Notes under the pieces: model-generated
Told to the model about the DNA's origin: nothing
Seen by the model: the letters and a program-made list of their open reading frames with translations, nothing else
The model's database searches: none
Made by a program: the position numbers and the translations under genes
Shown here: positions 1 to 9,176 of the stretch, piece after piece
Layout: every line of letters begins with the position of its first letter
Position numbering within the stretch: the stretch's first letter is position 1
Origin: a bacterium
Lineage (GTDB): Bacteria > Patescibacteriota > Minisyncoccia > Phycocordibacterales > UBA5272
Direction of reading: 5' to 3'
DNA: 62,436 nt
Assembly (NCBI GenBank): GCA_023267555.1
Contig: JAHFMZ010000001.1
Location: 1 to 62,436, forward strand

Positions 1-1090
<1,090 letters not shown>

Positions 1091-1181
1091 GACTAGCACT
1101 AGTGCTGGTTATCATTTATACGTTGTCTACGTATAAATTGTTAGTTGTTCTTTTTTCATGTGTGTTTCATTAAAGTTCAAA

Positions 1182-1301
1182 CGGGGTATAGCTCAGAAAA
1201 ACTTTTAATTGTTTGCCAAGTAAAATCCGGCGGACTTATTAGTTGGCAGAGCGTCCTTGCAAAAGGAAATTTCGGTGGTTCAAACCCACTTACCCCGACC
1301 A
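1182..1301 (+). tRNA. tRNA-shaped element with a ~45-nt insertion in the D loop and a non-canonical anticodon arm (isotype not assignable)
   Basis: Acceptor CGGGGTA (1182-1188) pairs with TACCCCG (1291-1297), followed by A73 and an encoded CCA (1299-1301). The D stem is UA-GCTC..GAGC and the T arm is GGTGG-TTCAAAC-CCACT. About 1197-1240 sits inside the D loop. The anticodon position folds as TCCTT-GCAA-AAGGA (4-nt loop) or as a 3-bp stem with the 8-nt loop TTGCAAAA. Confidence 0.55.
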
Positions 1302-1339
1302 TAACTTGAAACGATTCGCAAAAACAAAGTAATTTTAGG

Positions 1340-1410
1340 GACCTAGTAGCTCAGAGGTGAGTGCCGGTGTTGAATCACAGGAGGTACTGGTTCGAGTCCA
1401 GTCGAGGTCG
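1340..1410 (+). tRNA. tRNA-shaped element directly upstream of 5S, with a 6-nt (or 8-nt) anticodon loop (isotype not assignable)
   Basis: Acceptor GACCTAG pairs with CGAGGTC with one A-G mismatch. It has a UA-GCTC D arm and a T arm ACTGG-TTCGAGT-CCAGT. The anticodon arm pairs CCGGTG/CACAGG around the loop TTGAAT. Flanks TTTTAGG and CCTAAAA extend the acceptor helix. Confidence 0.5.
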
Positions 1411-1431
1411 CCTAAAATTATTTTGAGTTTT

Positions 1432-1547
<116 letters not shown>

Positions 1548-1587
1548 AGAACTCAAAAATAGAACACAGAAAGAAGAAAGTAAATGA

Positions 1588-1616
1588 AGAACGACCCCGA
1601 AGGGGTCGTTCTTTTG
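1588..1616 (+). terminator. rho-independent terminator after the rRNA operon
   Basis: AGAACGACCCC-GAA-GGGGTCGTTCT followed by a T run. Outer arms CAGAAAGAAGAAA (1566-1578) and TTTCTTCTTTCTG (1636-1648) extend the structure. Confidence 0.7.
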
Positions 1617-1661
1617 TATTTCTCTTCTCTCTTGTTTCTTCTTTCTGTTATACTGGGTTTT

Positions 1662-2429
1662 ATGAATTGGAATACAAGACGTCAAATTATTTATGCAGTT
1701 GCCGTTTCTGTGCTTGCTATCGCATCTTTTCTTTATATTTTTCGTGACACATTTTTCCCAACGCCTACTTGTTTTGATAAAAAACAAAATGGTTATGAAT
1801 CAGGCATAGATTGTGGTGGTACCTGTTCACTTCGTTGTAATGATCAAGTTACTCCACTTTCTGTAAAATGGTCCAAATCAATTTTATCTGCACCTTCCAC
1901 CTATGATTTGGTTGCTTTGGTTTCAAATAAAAACATAGACAATGCCTCACGTGCACTTGGATATTCTTTTTTAATTTACAATGAAAAAGGTAGTATTATT
2001 GCCAATGTCACAGGCACGACAACAGCCCCAGTTGATGGTGATTTTCCTATCATTAAACAAAGTGTTCGTCTTCCCGAAGCACCAAAAGAAGTAGTTTTAC
2101 AATTAAATGACACTTCTCATTTTATTGTTTCCGAAAAACCAACTTCACCGACTTTAATCACAGCAAATACTTATTTTGAAAATGGAAGTATTCCACGTGT
2201 TTATTCGACAATTATAAACACTAAACGCGTAACTATTTCAAATCTTCCCGTAAGAGCTGTTCTTTATGATACTAATAACAATGTTTTTGCTGTTGGGGAA
2301 ACTATAATTCCTTTCTTAGATAAAGAAGAAAGCAAGAATATTTCATTCACGTGGGATTTTCCACTCACACAAGCCCCAGTAGTTATTAACATCTATCCGA
2401 TTTTTGATCCGTTTTCAGCCGTTCAATAA
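1662..2429 (+). CDS. hypothetical membrane-anchored protein
   Basis: ORF 1584..2429. The first 26 codons overlap the rRNA terminator, so the ATG at 1662 (MNWNTRRQIIYAVAVSVLAIASFLYIF, one TM helix) is preferred. No family recognised. Confidence 0.6.
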   Translation: MNWNTRRQIIYAVAVSVLAIASFLYIFRDTFFPTPTCFDKKQNGYESGIDCGGTCSLRCNDQVTPLSVKWSKSILSAPSTYDLVALVSNKNIDNASRALGYSFLIYNEKGSIIANVTGTTTAPVDGDFPIIKQSVRLPEAPKEVVLQLNDTSHFIVSEKPTSPTLITANTYFENGSIPRVYSTIINTKRVTISNLPVRAVLYDTNNNVFAVGETIIPFLDKEESKNISFTWDFPLTQAPVVINIYPIFDPFSAVQ

Positions 2430-2434
2430 TATCT

Positions 2435-3568
2435 ATGCCTCGTCATATTCCTTCATTTTTTCGCACAGTTGATGCAACTCTTTTTGCATCCATTATTTGT
2501 GTTTTAGTCGCAGGATTACTCACAATGAGTTCTTTTCAATTACACGATAGTTATTTTTGGAGACAAGGTTTATGGATTATTGTCGCATTAAGTGCTTTTA
2601 TTTTTGCTTCACGATTTGAATATCGTTTTCTTAAACAAACACGTATTGTAGTTGCTATTTATTTTGTATTATTATTTATACTCACACTCATTCTTGTTGT
2701 GGGCCATATTTCAAAAGGGGCACAAAGTTGGTTTCAATTCGCAGGAGTTGCTTTTCAACCGAGTGACGTGATGAAGCTTGGATTGATTATTGTTCTGGCT
2801 AAATATTTTTCACGTCGCCACGTAGAAATTGCAAACATTCGTCATATTATTGTTTCTGGTGTATATGCTTTTATACCTTTTGTATTAGTTATACTACAAC
2901 CCGATTTGGGTTCTGCACTGGTCTTATTTTCGATTTGGCTTGGTATGGTGCTAGTATCTGGTATTTCAAAAAAACATCTTTTTGCTGTGATTGCTATTGG
3001 AATTATTTCTTTTTCTCTTGCTTGGAAACTTGTTTTCAAACCATATCAAAAAGCACGCATAATGAATTTTGTTTACCCACTTCAAGATATACGTGGCACG
3101 GGTTATAACGCTTATCAATCGACTATTGCAGTTGGTTCTGGAGGTTTGATTGGTAAAGGACTTGGTTATGGTACTCAATCACGTCTTAATTTTCTTCCAG
3201 AATATAAAACAGATTTTATTTTTGCAGCTTATGCCGAAGAATGGGGATTTATTGGTGCTTGCATCTTGCTTCTTTTTTATGCGCTTATTCTTTATAAAAT
3301 TGCCACTTATGCGCTTGTTGCTGATTCAACTTTTGAAGCTTTATTTACCTATGGAGTATTCGTTTGGTTTCTCACACATATTGTAATTAATGTTGGTATG
3401 AATATTGGTATTATGCCAGTGACAGGTATTCCACTTCCGTTTATGAGTTATGGTGGATCACATATTCTTGCAGAGTGTGTGGCGTTAGGTATATGTGCAG
3501 GGATGTATAGGTATTCACGCGCTGGCCACAAATATCAACTCCAAAATGAATTCCTTGGCCTCGAATAA
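2435..3568 (+). CDS. FtsW/RodA/SpoVE (SEDS) family peptidoglycan glycosyltransferase
   Basis: Multi-TM protein with SEDS motifs QPSDVMKLGLIIVLAKYF, LQPDLGSALV, GSGGLIGKGLGYGTQSRLNFLPEYKTDFIFA and PLPFMSYGGSH. Confidence 0.85.
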   Translation: MPRHIPSFFRTVDATLFASIICVLVAGLLTMSSFQLHDSYFWRQGLWIIVALSAFIFASRFEYRFLKQTRIVVAIYFVLLFILTLILVVGHISKGAQSWFQFAGVAFQPSDVMKLGLIIVLAKYFSRRHVEIANIRHIIVSGVYAFIPFVLVILQPDLGSALVLFSIWLGMVLVSGISKKHLFAVIAIGIISFSLAWKLVFKPYQKARIMNFVYPLQDIRGTGYNAYQSTIAVGSGGLIGKGLGYGTQSRLNFLPEYKTDFIFAAYAEEWGFIGACILLLFYALILYKIATYALVADSTFEALFTYGVFVWFLTHIVINVGMNIGIMPVTGIPLPFMSYGGSHILAECVALGICAGMYRYSRAGHKYQLQNEFLGLE

Positions 3569-3571
3569 AAT

Positions 3572-3696
3572 AAAACGGCAAAAATCATCCCATCTACTTT
3601 GTCGCTACGGAATTGTTCTTAGTCAACGTACTACCCCGTACGTCTCCTTCGAAAAATTCCTAGGCTTCGCGTATCTGGAATAATTTTTGCCGTTTT
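3572..3696 (+). repeat. stop-codon-proximal ~125-nt imperfect palindrome, copy A
   Basis: Outer arms are AAAACGGCAAAAAT and ATTTTTGCCGTTTT. Motifs are AAAATCATCCCATCTACTTTGTCGC, TCAACGTAC-N6-GTACGTCTCC and GCTTCGCGTATCTGGAATAATTTTT. It starts 4 nt after the SEDS gene stop. Confidence 0.8.
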
Positions 3697-3781
3697 ATGA
3701 GCGGCTTAATTTTGGTCGCAAAAACTTTTCTTGCCTTGTATCTAAAGCAAATTATTCAAGGCCAAACATATTACGATTTAT

Positions 3782-3804
3782 GAGCGACACCGAAGGTGTC
3801 GCTC
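3782..3804. terminator. bidirectional terminator hairpin between convergent genes
   Basis: GAGCGACACC-GAA-GGTGTCGCTC, of the same design as the GAGCGACCAC-GAA-GTGGTCGCTC family. Confidence 0.65.
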
Positions 3805-3852
3805 TGTTATTGTATTTTCTATAACCTAAAACCTAACACCTATAACCTACCT

Positions 3853-5031
3853 TCATTCCCCATATATTTTATAAATCTCGGAACGCATTTTATCCAAATC
3901 AGTAAACGATTGTAAATCTCGGCAGGCGTGTTTTCCTAGATTTTCTCTTAAATCTTTATTTTCTATACAAGTGATAAGTGCCGAGGCAAGTGCGTGAGAA
4001 TCTTCTCTTGGAACAAGCAAACCATTCACTCCGTGATGTATTATTTCTGGCAATCCACCGACATTTGTAGCGACACGTGTTCTACAAGCAAGGCCAGCTT
4101 CGAGTTGTGCATATCCAAGAGCTTCTGTATATGAAGAAGTGATGATAACATCAAAGGCTTTCATAAACAAAGCAGCTTCATTCAAATTATGAATCCACGC
4201 AATATCATTATTTAAATTAAGTTCACGAGCTAGTGTGTGTAAATTAGGGAGTAGACTTCCATTTCCGATACATATTAATTTTGCTTCAGGGTATAAATTA
4301 TGGACTTCTTTAAATGCACGGAAAAGTACGTCGTGACCTTTATTTTTTGTTAGTTCACCAATAATTCCAAAGAGAATAAGTCCTTCGGTTTCAGTGATTT
4401 GAGTTTTGTGAAGCAATACGTCGCGAGCTTTTTCTCTTTCTTTGTATTTTGGTATTTGTATAGCAAGATATATTTGTGTAATTTTTTCTCTAAACATTCC
4501 AAAAGGTCTATCTCTTGCAACGGCTTTGGAAACAGCGATAGCTTTGTGTACACACATAAGTGTCAAAAGTGAAAGTATCTTAAAAATAAAAAGAATGACT
4601 TTCGGTCGTTTTTCATTGTATGGCCAACCGTGTATAGTAAATATTATTTTTTTTATTCCAACTATTCGGCAAGCAATTCCTCCAATAAGTCCCATTTTTG
4701 AGCTGTGTAGATGTACCACATCTGGTTTTACCCGACGAAGAAGACTAATCAAACTAAATAGAGTGCTTAAATCGTGAAGGGGAAGTATAGATCTACGCGC
4801 GTGGAGAAGTCTATACACGGTCACACCTTCTTTTCGAAGTTCGTCCACAAGTGGACCTGTCGGTTGAGTCGCTACCGCTTGTATATATTCTTTGGTGTCT
4901 GTGGCCACATCATAAACATAGCGTTGTGCTCCGCCCCAAGAGGCGCGAGTAATAATATGTAGTACAAAAGGTTTTTTGTGTAGATGATTGACTTTTTCTT
5001 CCTTTATTGTAGTATAGTTATTATCATCCAT
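3853..5031 (-). CDS. glycosyltransferase, GT4 (GT-B fold) family
   Basis: C-terminal motif EALGYAQLEAGLACRTRVATNVGGLPEIIHHGVNGLLV is typical of GT1/GT4 enzymes. 392-aa ORF. Confidence 0.8.
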   Translation of the reverse strand: MDDNNYTTIKEEKVNHLHKKPFVLHIITRASWGGAQRYVYDVATDTKEYIQAVATQPTGPLVDELRKEGVTVYRLLHARRSILPLHDLSTLFSLISLLRRVKPDVVHLHSSKMGLIGGIACRIVGIKKIIFTIHGWPYNEKRPKVILFIFKILSLLTLMCVHKAIAVSKAVARDRPFGMFREKITQIYLAIQIPKYKEREKARDVLLHKTQITETEGLILFGIIGELTKNKGHDVLFRAFKEVHNLYPEAKLICIGNGSLLPNLHTLARELNLNNDIAWIHNLNEAALFMKAFDVIITSSYTEALGYAQLEAGLACRTRVATNVGGLPEIIHHGVNGLLVPREDSHALASALITCIENKDLRENLGKHACRDLQSFTDLDKMRSEIYKIYGE

Positions 5032-5056
5032 ATATATCTAGTATACTGGTTATAAT

Positions 5057-6388
5057 ATGAAATTCCAAAGAAATTTCCATCTCTCCTTTGTCATCATCAC
5101 GGATGTCATTTTTTTAACTTTATCTCTTTATATTGCGCTTTTTTTGCGTAATTTTTTTGATGGTAATACTTTAAATGTTTGGCAACTTTTCTTGGGACAT
5201 ATTTTATATTTCGTACCGCTTTATATTTTAATGATTTCTATTTTATATATTTCTCTTGCATATAGCGATACGACACTTGCTTATTTAAGACGAAGTATTC
5301 CGAAACTTGCAGAATCTTTAACCATCTCTGCAGTCTTTGGTATTTTATATTTTTATATTTTTGCTACTTATTTGCCCATTAGTCCAAAAGTAACATATGC
5401 ATTATTTTTTGCTGTAAGTTTTATTTTGCTTGCTCTTTCTAGAATTGCTTATGCGAAACTTCCTTTACTCGGTGCGCATATAAATGCAGTTGTAATTATA
5501 AAAAGAGGAAGTATTTATGAAAATGTTATTCAAGAAGTGGGAATGAATGCTCCGAGAGCAACTTTTACTCGTGTCACAGAGTTCACAACAAAAAGTGTGG
5601 CGGATTTATTGTCAAAAAGTGGAGCAAGTTTAATCGTTTATGATAATACCGACAAAGAAATTGTTCAATTAATTTCAATGTTGCCGACACATATAATTCG
5701 TTATGCCACAGTCCTTTCGGGAGATATTTTGTATGAACATATTTTTGGTAAAATATTTCTTCCAGCATTTAATGAAGAATCACTTCTTCGTGATTATTTA
5801 AATCAAAAGCCATTTTATGAAATTATTAAACGACTTTTTGATTTAATTATTGCTATACCATTTTTTATTATCACAATTCCTTTTATTGTTGTTGGAATTA
5901 TAGCTATATATATTGAAACTGGACGTCCAGCATTTATTTTTCAAGAACGTTTAGGGGTTGGTCGCAAAATTATGCGTATTCCAAAGTTACGTTCTATGTC
6001 ACAAAATGTAAATGGTGCGTGGGTTGGGGAAGGGGAAAATAAAGTAACCAAAGTTGGAGCATTTTTGAGAAAGACTAGAATAGATGAGTTACCACAACTT
6101 TGGTCTGTAATGAAAGGTGATATGTCGCTCATTGGTCCTCGTCCAGATATGACAGGATTAGAAGCTCGTCTGCGTGAAGAAATTGATTTTTATCACGCTC
6201 GTTATACTGTTCCACCAGGATTATCTGGTTGGGCGCAAGTTACACAAGTCGCTGTTCCTCAAAATGTCGAAGAAACTCGTGAACGTTTTGCTTATGATAT
6301 GTATTATATTAAATATCGTTCTATGTTTTTAGATTTTGGTATTGCTCTTAAGACAGTTCGTATTCTTCTTTCTCGAATGGGACATTAA
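5057..6388 (+). CDS. polyprenyl-phosphate glycosylphosphotransferase (bacterial sugar transferase, WbaP-like)
   Basis: N-terminal TM helices plus a C-terminal sugar-transferase domain: RIDELPQLWSVMKGDMSLIGPRPDM..PGLSGWAQV. Confidence 0.8.
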   Translation: MKFQRNFHLSFVIITDVIFLTLSLYIALFLRNFFDGNTLNVWQLFLGHILYFVPLYILMISILYISLAYSDTTLAYLRRSIPKLAESLTISAVFGILYFYIFATYLPISPKVTYALFFAVSFILLALSRIAYAKLPLLGAHINAVVIIKRGSIYENVIQEVGMNAPRATFTRVTEFTTKSVADLLSKSGASLIVYDNTDKEIVQLISMLPTHIIRYATVLSGDILYEHIFGKIFLPAFNEESLLRDYLNQKPFYEIIKRLFDLIIAIPFFIITIPFIVVGIIAIYIETGRPAFIFQERLGVGRKIMRIPKLRSMSQNVNGAWVGEGENKVTKVGAFLRKTRIDELPQLWSVMKGDMSLIGPRPDMTGLEARLREEIDFYHARYTVPPGLSGWAQVTQVAVPQNVEETRERFAYDMYYIKYRSMFLDFGIALKTVRILLSRMGH

Positions 6389-6512
6389 AATCCAGAAGGT
6401 AGAAAGTAGACAATAGAAGATAGAGGATACAAAAAAAGGCACGAAGTACCTGCTTTTGTATCCGTATTTTCTGTTTTCTTCTCTCTTTTTTCTGCTATAC
6501 TATCTAGCATAT

Positions 6513-7565
6513 ATGAAAATCTTTATTACTGGAGGTGCAGGATATGTGGGAGCAATGCTTATTGATCAATTTGCGAAGCGTCAGGATGTTGAAAAAATAA
6601 TTACACTTGATAAAGAAAAAGAAACAGAACTTACGGCAAAAAATATAAATAAAGACAAAATTATTTATTTAGAAACAAATACATCTGATAATTGGGAAGA
6701 AAAAGTAAAAGAATATAATCCAGATGTTGTGATTCACACAGCGTGGCAAATTCGTCATATGTATGGACAAGAAGAATTGGAATGGAAATGGAATATAGAT
6801 GGATCAGATAAAGTGTTTGATTTTGCTTTTAATACGCCGTCAGTAAAGAAATTAATTTATTTTTCTTCCGTTTCTTCTTACGGAGCATTTGCAGATAATA
6901 GTATGGATCATTTTTATAAAGAGGAAGAACCATTCAGAAAAAGTGGATATCTTTATGCTGAAGAAAAAAGAATTTGTGAAGAACATTTGGAAGAAAGATA
7001 TAAAAAAGCAAAAGAAAATAATTGGAATGGACAAGTATTTATTGTGCGCCCAGCAGCCATCACTGGCCCACGTGGTCGTTATGATCGTATTCGTTTTGGA
7101 CTTCAATCTGCGTTATCTGGTAATCTTCACGGAGGTTTTGCATATAAAATTGTCACCTTGCTCACGTCATTTGTTCCAGTTACAAAGAAATGGTTGCGCC
7201 AATATATACACGAAGATGATGTTACCGATATTGTAGCTCTGTTTACTTTCAATAATTTAGAAGGTTCTTACGAAGTATTTAATATTTCTCCACCGGGAGA
7301 TGTTGTTCTTGGAAAAGATATGGCTCGCGCGGTTAATAAAAATATTTTACCGATTTTCCCGTGGATGGCGCGGTTGGCTTTCTTTTTCTTTTGGCACGTG
7401 ACTCGTGGGAAAATTCCGACATCTCCAGGAAGCTGGAAAGGGTATTCTTATCCAATTGCAGTTGATGGTTCAAAAATTACAAAACAATATGGCTTCCAGT
7501 ACAAATATCAATCAAAAGATGCTTTTGTAAATAATGAAGGAAGATACAAGGTAATTATAAATTAA
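6513..7565 (+). CDS. NAD-dependent epimerase/dehydratase family protein
   Basis: Rossmann start MKIFITGGAGYVG at the internal ATG 6513. The upstream 19 codons of ORF 6456.. overlap a terminator-like hairpin. Confidence 0.75.
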   Translation: MKIFITGGAGYVGAMLIDQFAKRQDVEKIITLDKEKETELTAKNINKDKIIYLETNTSDNWEEKVKEYNPDVVIHTAWQIRHMYGQEELEWKWNIDGSDKVFDFAFNTPSVKKLIYFSSVSSYGAFADNSMDHFYKEEEPFRKSGYLYAEEKRICEEHLEERYKKAKENNWNGQVFIVRPAAITGPRGRYDRIRFGLQSALSGNLHGGFAYKIVTLLTSFVPVTKKWLRQYIHEDDVTDIVALFTFNNLEGSYEVFNISPPGDVVLGKDMARAVNKNILPIFPWMARLAFFFFWHVTRGKIPTSPGSWKGYSYPIAVDGSKITKQYGFQYKYQSKDAFVNNEGRYKVIIN

Positions 7566-7619
7566 AGTTTATATAGTCAGCTTGATTTAGTTAAAGAAAT
7601 ACTGTATAATTGCACAACT

Positions 7620-8249
7620 ATGATGCAGATAACAACTAGCGCTCGCGCTCCAAAAGAAATCAAAAGAGAAGGCTTTATTCCTGCTGTTTATTATGGCGCA
7701 CACCAAGCTTCTACTCCAATTTTTATTGATGCAATTGAATTTAAAAAAGTGAATGCTGCGGTCGGAGAATCAGGTTCTATTGTCCTTGTTACAGAGCACG
7801 GAAATGAAAACGCTATGATTCAAGATGTACAAGTTGACCCAGTAAAAGGTTTTCCAATACACGTAGATTTTTATACTCTTGAAAAGGGTCAAAAAGTTCA
7901 CGTTAAGACTCCGATTACTATTGTTGGGGAATCCCAAGCTGTGAAAGATGGCGGTGTTCTAGTAAAAGTATTGCACGAACTTTCTGTTGAAGGTGATCCA
8001 GCAAAACTTCCTCACGAGTTTACAGTTGATATTTCATCACTTGTTACAAAAGATGACGTTATTCACGTGCGCGATATCAAACTTCCAGCTGGTGTAGAAC
8101 TTTATCACGTAACTTTAGATGATGTTGTTGTTTCTATCACTGAAGCCAAGGAAGAAGTGGAAGAAGTTCCAGTTGCTACTGATTTGAGTGCAATTGAGGT
8201 AGAAGAGAAGGGAAAGAAGGAAGAAGAAGCCGAAGTCCCAGCTGAATAA
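7620..8249 (+). CDS. rplY: 50S ribosomal protein L25/Ctc
   Basis: REGFIPAVYYG..VQVDPVKGFPIHVDFY, with an acidic C-terminal tail; typical Ctc-form L25. Confidence 0.85.
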   Translation: MMQITTSARAPKEIKREGFIPAVYYGAHQASTPIFIDAIEFKKVNAAVGESGSIVLVTEHGNENAMIQDVQVDPVKGFPIHVDFYTLEKGQKVHVKTPITIVGESQAVKDGGVLVKVLHELSVEGDPAKLPHEFTVDISSLVTKDDVIHVRDIKLPAGVELYHVTLDDVVVSITEAKEEVEEVPVATDLSAIEVEEKGKKEEEAEVPAE

Positions 8250-8254
8250 TACAC

Positions 8255-8376
8255 CGATCCATAAATTGGCGACCTGCTTGATGATTTTTGAAAAAAGTTT
8301 TTCAACGTACACGCTAGTACGTCTCTAAACTTTTTTCAAAAATCATCTGCACACCTCATCCAATTTCTGGATTGGC
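8255..8376 (+). repeat. stop-codon-proximal imperfect palindrome, copy B
   Basis: Perfect 21-bp arms GATGATTTTTGAAAAAAGTTT and AAACTTTTTTCAAAAATCATC flank TTCAACGTAC-ACGCTA-GTACGTCTCT. It starts 6 nt after the rplY stop. Confidence 0.75.
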
Positions 8377-8405
8377 TAACGTTGTTCAAGAAAATTCAAA
8401 TACAA

Positions 8406-8440
8406 TACAAAGAGCGACCACGAAGTGGTCGCTCTTTGTA
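8406..8440 (+). terminator. terminator hairpin with core GAGCGACCAC-GAA-GTGGTCGCTC (copy 1 of 3 identical cores)
   Basis: 16-bp perfect stem TACAAAGAGCGACCAC/GTGGTCGCTCTTTGTA with a GAA loop, followed by a T-rich tract. Confidence 0.75.
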
Positions 8441-8549
8441 TTTCTCTCACCTTTATTTCTCTTGACTCTATTCTGTTAATACGTGTGGACAACCATTTAG
8501 ATATTATCTCTACGTAGGGGTATAATAAAAGTAATAAATATCAAATAAT

Positions 8550-9164
8550 ATGGAAATACAAAATACTAATAGTAGTGAAAGTGGGCTTTGTTCTAGTTCT
8601 AATAAACTTATATCCTACATATTTTCTGCTTTTGTCGTCGGGGCTGTTGTTGGAGTGTTGGTAGATCCGTATTTGCCAGCTTCTTTGAGTGGTTCTAACA
8701 AAAGTTATCAAGCTGGTTTTGATAATGCCAAAAGTCTTGTAGAAAACAGCAGTCTCGGGGCTGCGTTCAAAACTCCCAATGAAATAAAACAGTTGTCTGG
8801 CTCTGTTACCGCTATTAATGGAAGTCAGCTCACTCTTAAAGTCAAATCAACAAATCCATTTGACGATCCATCTCTTGCTAACCGTACAGTTCTTTTGAAT
8901 ACTTCCACAAAAGTAGTTAGTCTTACAGCAAAACCTTCTGCAACATATCAAGCCGAAGTAGATAGTTTTATTAAAGCACAATCAAATACGGCAACTACTA
9001 GTGCCACAAAATCTCTCCCTTCTGCTTTCGTTTCATCTCCTGTAAATATTACAAATATTGCCATTGGAGATTCTATTAATGTATTGACTTCACAAAATAT
9101 AAAGACTTTGAAGGAATTTACTGCGACCGAAGTTCAAATTCTACCAAATAATATCGCTAAATAA
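8550..9164 (+). CDS. hypothetical membrane-anchored/secreted protein
   Basis: 204-aa ORF with an N-terminal hydrophobic helix (ISYIFSAFVVGAVVGVLV). No family recognised. Confidence 0.6.
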   Translation: MEIQNTNSSESGLCSSSNKLISYIFSAFVVGAVVGVLVDPYLPASLSGSNKSYQAGFDNAKSLVENSSLGAAFKTPNEIKQLSGSVTAINGSQLTLKVKSTNPFDDPSLANRTVLLNTSTKVVSLTAKPSATYQAEVDSFIKAQSNTATTSATKSLPSAFVSSPVNITNIAIGDSINVLTSQNIKTLKEFTATEVQILPNNIAK

Positions 9165-9176
9165 TTTTTTATTATA

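Noticed and set aside
1584-1661. N-terminal extensions of track ORFs (1584, 6456, 16429, 17643, 31434, 37304, 39793, 50268, 60628)
   Set aside because: The extensions start at non-ATG codons or overlap terminators, upstream genes or promoters. Internal ATGs give sensible N-termini such as MKIFITGGAGYVG and MSSNITTEALKNAG.
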